Below, piece after piece: positions 38,790 to 39,197 of a stretch of 39,197 bases of DNA; the first letter of the stretch is position 1, and each line of letters starts with the position of its first letter. The position numbers were made by a program, and so were the translations under genes. The notes beneath the pieces were generated by a model. That model was not told the DNA's origin. It made no database searches and saw nothing but the letters and a program-made list of their open reading frames with translations. Source of the DNA: a virus; the IMG/VR virus record IMGVR_UViG_3300031578_000142. The stretch is one strand, 5' to 3'.

Positions 38790-39197
38790 TGTGCCGGCTA
38801 CTGGTTCTCCTGCCCCTGCTAGCCTTCTTCTTCTTGCCTTCGGTTGCTGCCGCACCTGAGCAGACCTTGCTTGGTCTCATCAATGACTACCGTATCGAGT
38901 ATGGCCTGCGGCCGCTCCATCCGTCGCCCGGACTTACGGAGGCAGCGCGCTGGATGGTGCGAGACATGGCCGAAAAGGACTACTTCAGCCACACCGACTC
39001 GCTAGGGCGAAACCCCTTCGACCGCATGACAGACCTCGGCTACGACTGCAGCAACTGGAGGAGTGAGAACCTAGCCGCAGGCAGCGATGATCCCCAGGTG
39101 ATCTTTCAACTCTGGCGCGATTCGCCTGGCCACAACGCTAACATGCTCAATGCTCATCTCAAGGTGGTTGGCTTGGCTAAGGCGTATGACCCTGATT
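38789..39197 (+). CDS. 5' part of the secreted CAP/SCP (PR-1/YkwD-like) domain protein; runs off the window end and continues at base 1
   Basis: Starts at ATG 38789. The signal peptide is MCRLLVLLPLLAFFFLPSVAAAPEQ. It continues LINDYRIEYGLRPL...YFSHTDSLGRNPFDRM...ENLAAG, and is in frame with 1-234. Confidence 0.75.
   Translation, partial: MCRLLVLLPLLAFFFLPSVAAAPEQTLLGLINDYRIEYGLRPLHPSPGLTEAARWMVRDMAEKDYFSHTDSLGRNPFDRMTDLGYDCSNWRSENLAAGSDDPQVIFQLWRDSPGHNANMLNAHLKVVGLAKAYDPD
39071..39197. repeat. right-hand copy of the 127-bp terminal overlap
   Basis: Identical to 1-127. Confidence 0.95.

Noticed and set aside
38605-38883. 92-aa minus-strand ORF between int and the window end.
   Set aside because: The peptide is low-complexity. 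The same DNA on the + strand holds a 54-aa CxxC..CxxC protein (38625-38789) coupled by TAATG to the signal-peptide start of the CAP gene (38789), which explains the region better.
1-39197. tRNA, rRNA, tmRNA and CRISPR arrays.
   Set aside because: No cloverleaf-type conserved T-loop/acceptor patterns and no repeat-spacer architecture were noticed in any non-coding gap. All gaps are shorter than 185 bp.

Overview
The window is a complete tailed-phage genome. Bases 1-127 are identical to 39071-39197, so the unique length is 39,070 bp, and one gene reads in frame across that junction. The sequence is GC-rich (about 60% by eye). Genes are tightly packed, often with ATGA/GTGA start-stop overlaps and GGAGG-type ribosome-binding sites (RBS). 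All but two are on the + strand.

Read as a circle, the order is:
- A tyrosine integrase (-), divergent from an early operon.
- The early operon: a Zn-ribbon protein, a secreted CAP/SCP-domain protein, and about 35 small genes, many of them CxxC zinc ribbons. It also carries a DnaA-domain-IV-like HTH, an HNH-like protein, a sigma-region-4-like HTH/Zn regulator, a RuvC-like resolvase, two more exported proteins (one with a 3D/RlpA-like fold), a replisome-organizer-like protein, a beta-class DNA methyltransferase and an IS110 C-terminal (Tnp_20)-like protein.
- A strong promoter, short transcript and intrinsic terminator at 13.6 kb.
- The late operon: TerS, TerL, portal, MuF, ClpP-type protease and HK97-type capsid. 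A 4.9-kb capsid-accessory island follows, with a LamG protein and an 851-aa protein carrying fifteen 22-aa repeats. Then come connector and neck genes, two paralogous tail-tube proteins, a chaperone with a -1 frameshift, the tape measure, a LamG-containing distal tail protein and a fibre.
- A reverse-strand lipoprotein moron, then a GH25 endolysin.

I saw no tRNA, rRNA, CRISPR array, CI/Cro-type repressor, DNA polymerase, helicase or primase.

The most unusual non-coding signals are:
- Five tandem stem-loops at 11466-11741, each showing TGA[AG][AG]CCCA in its loop, lying upstream of and inside the Tnp_20-like gene.
- The lambda PR'-6S-like promoter/terminator cassette at 13606-13719.
- Iteron-like repeats with C/G tracts inside the replisome-organizer-like gene.

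All family assignments come from motif recognition by eye. No database search or computation was run.
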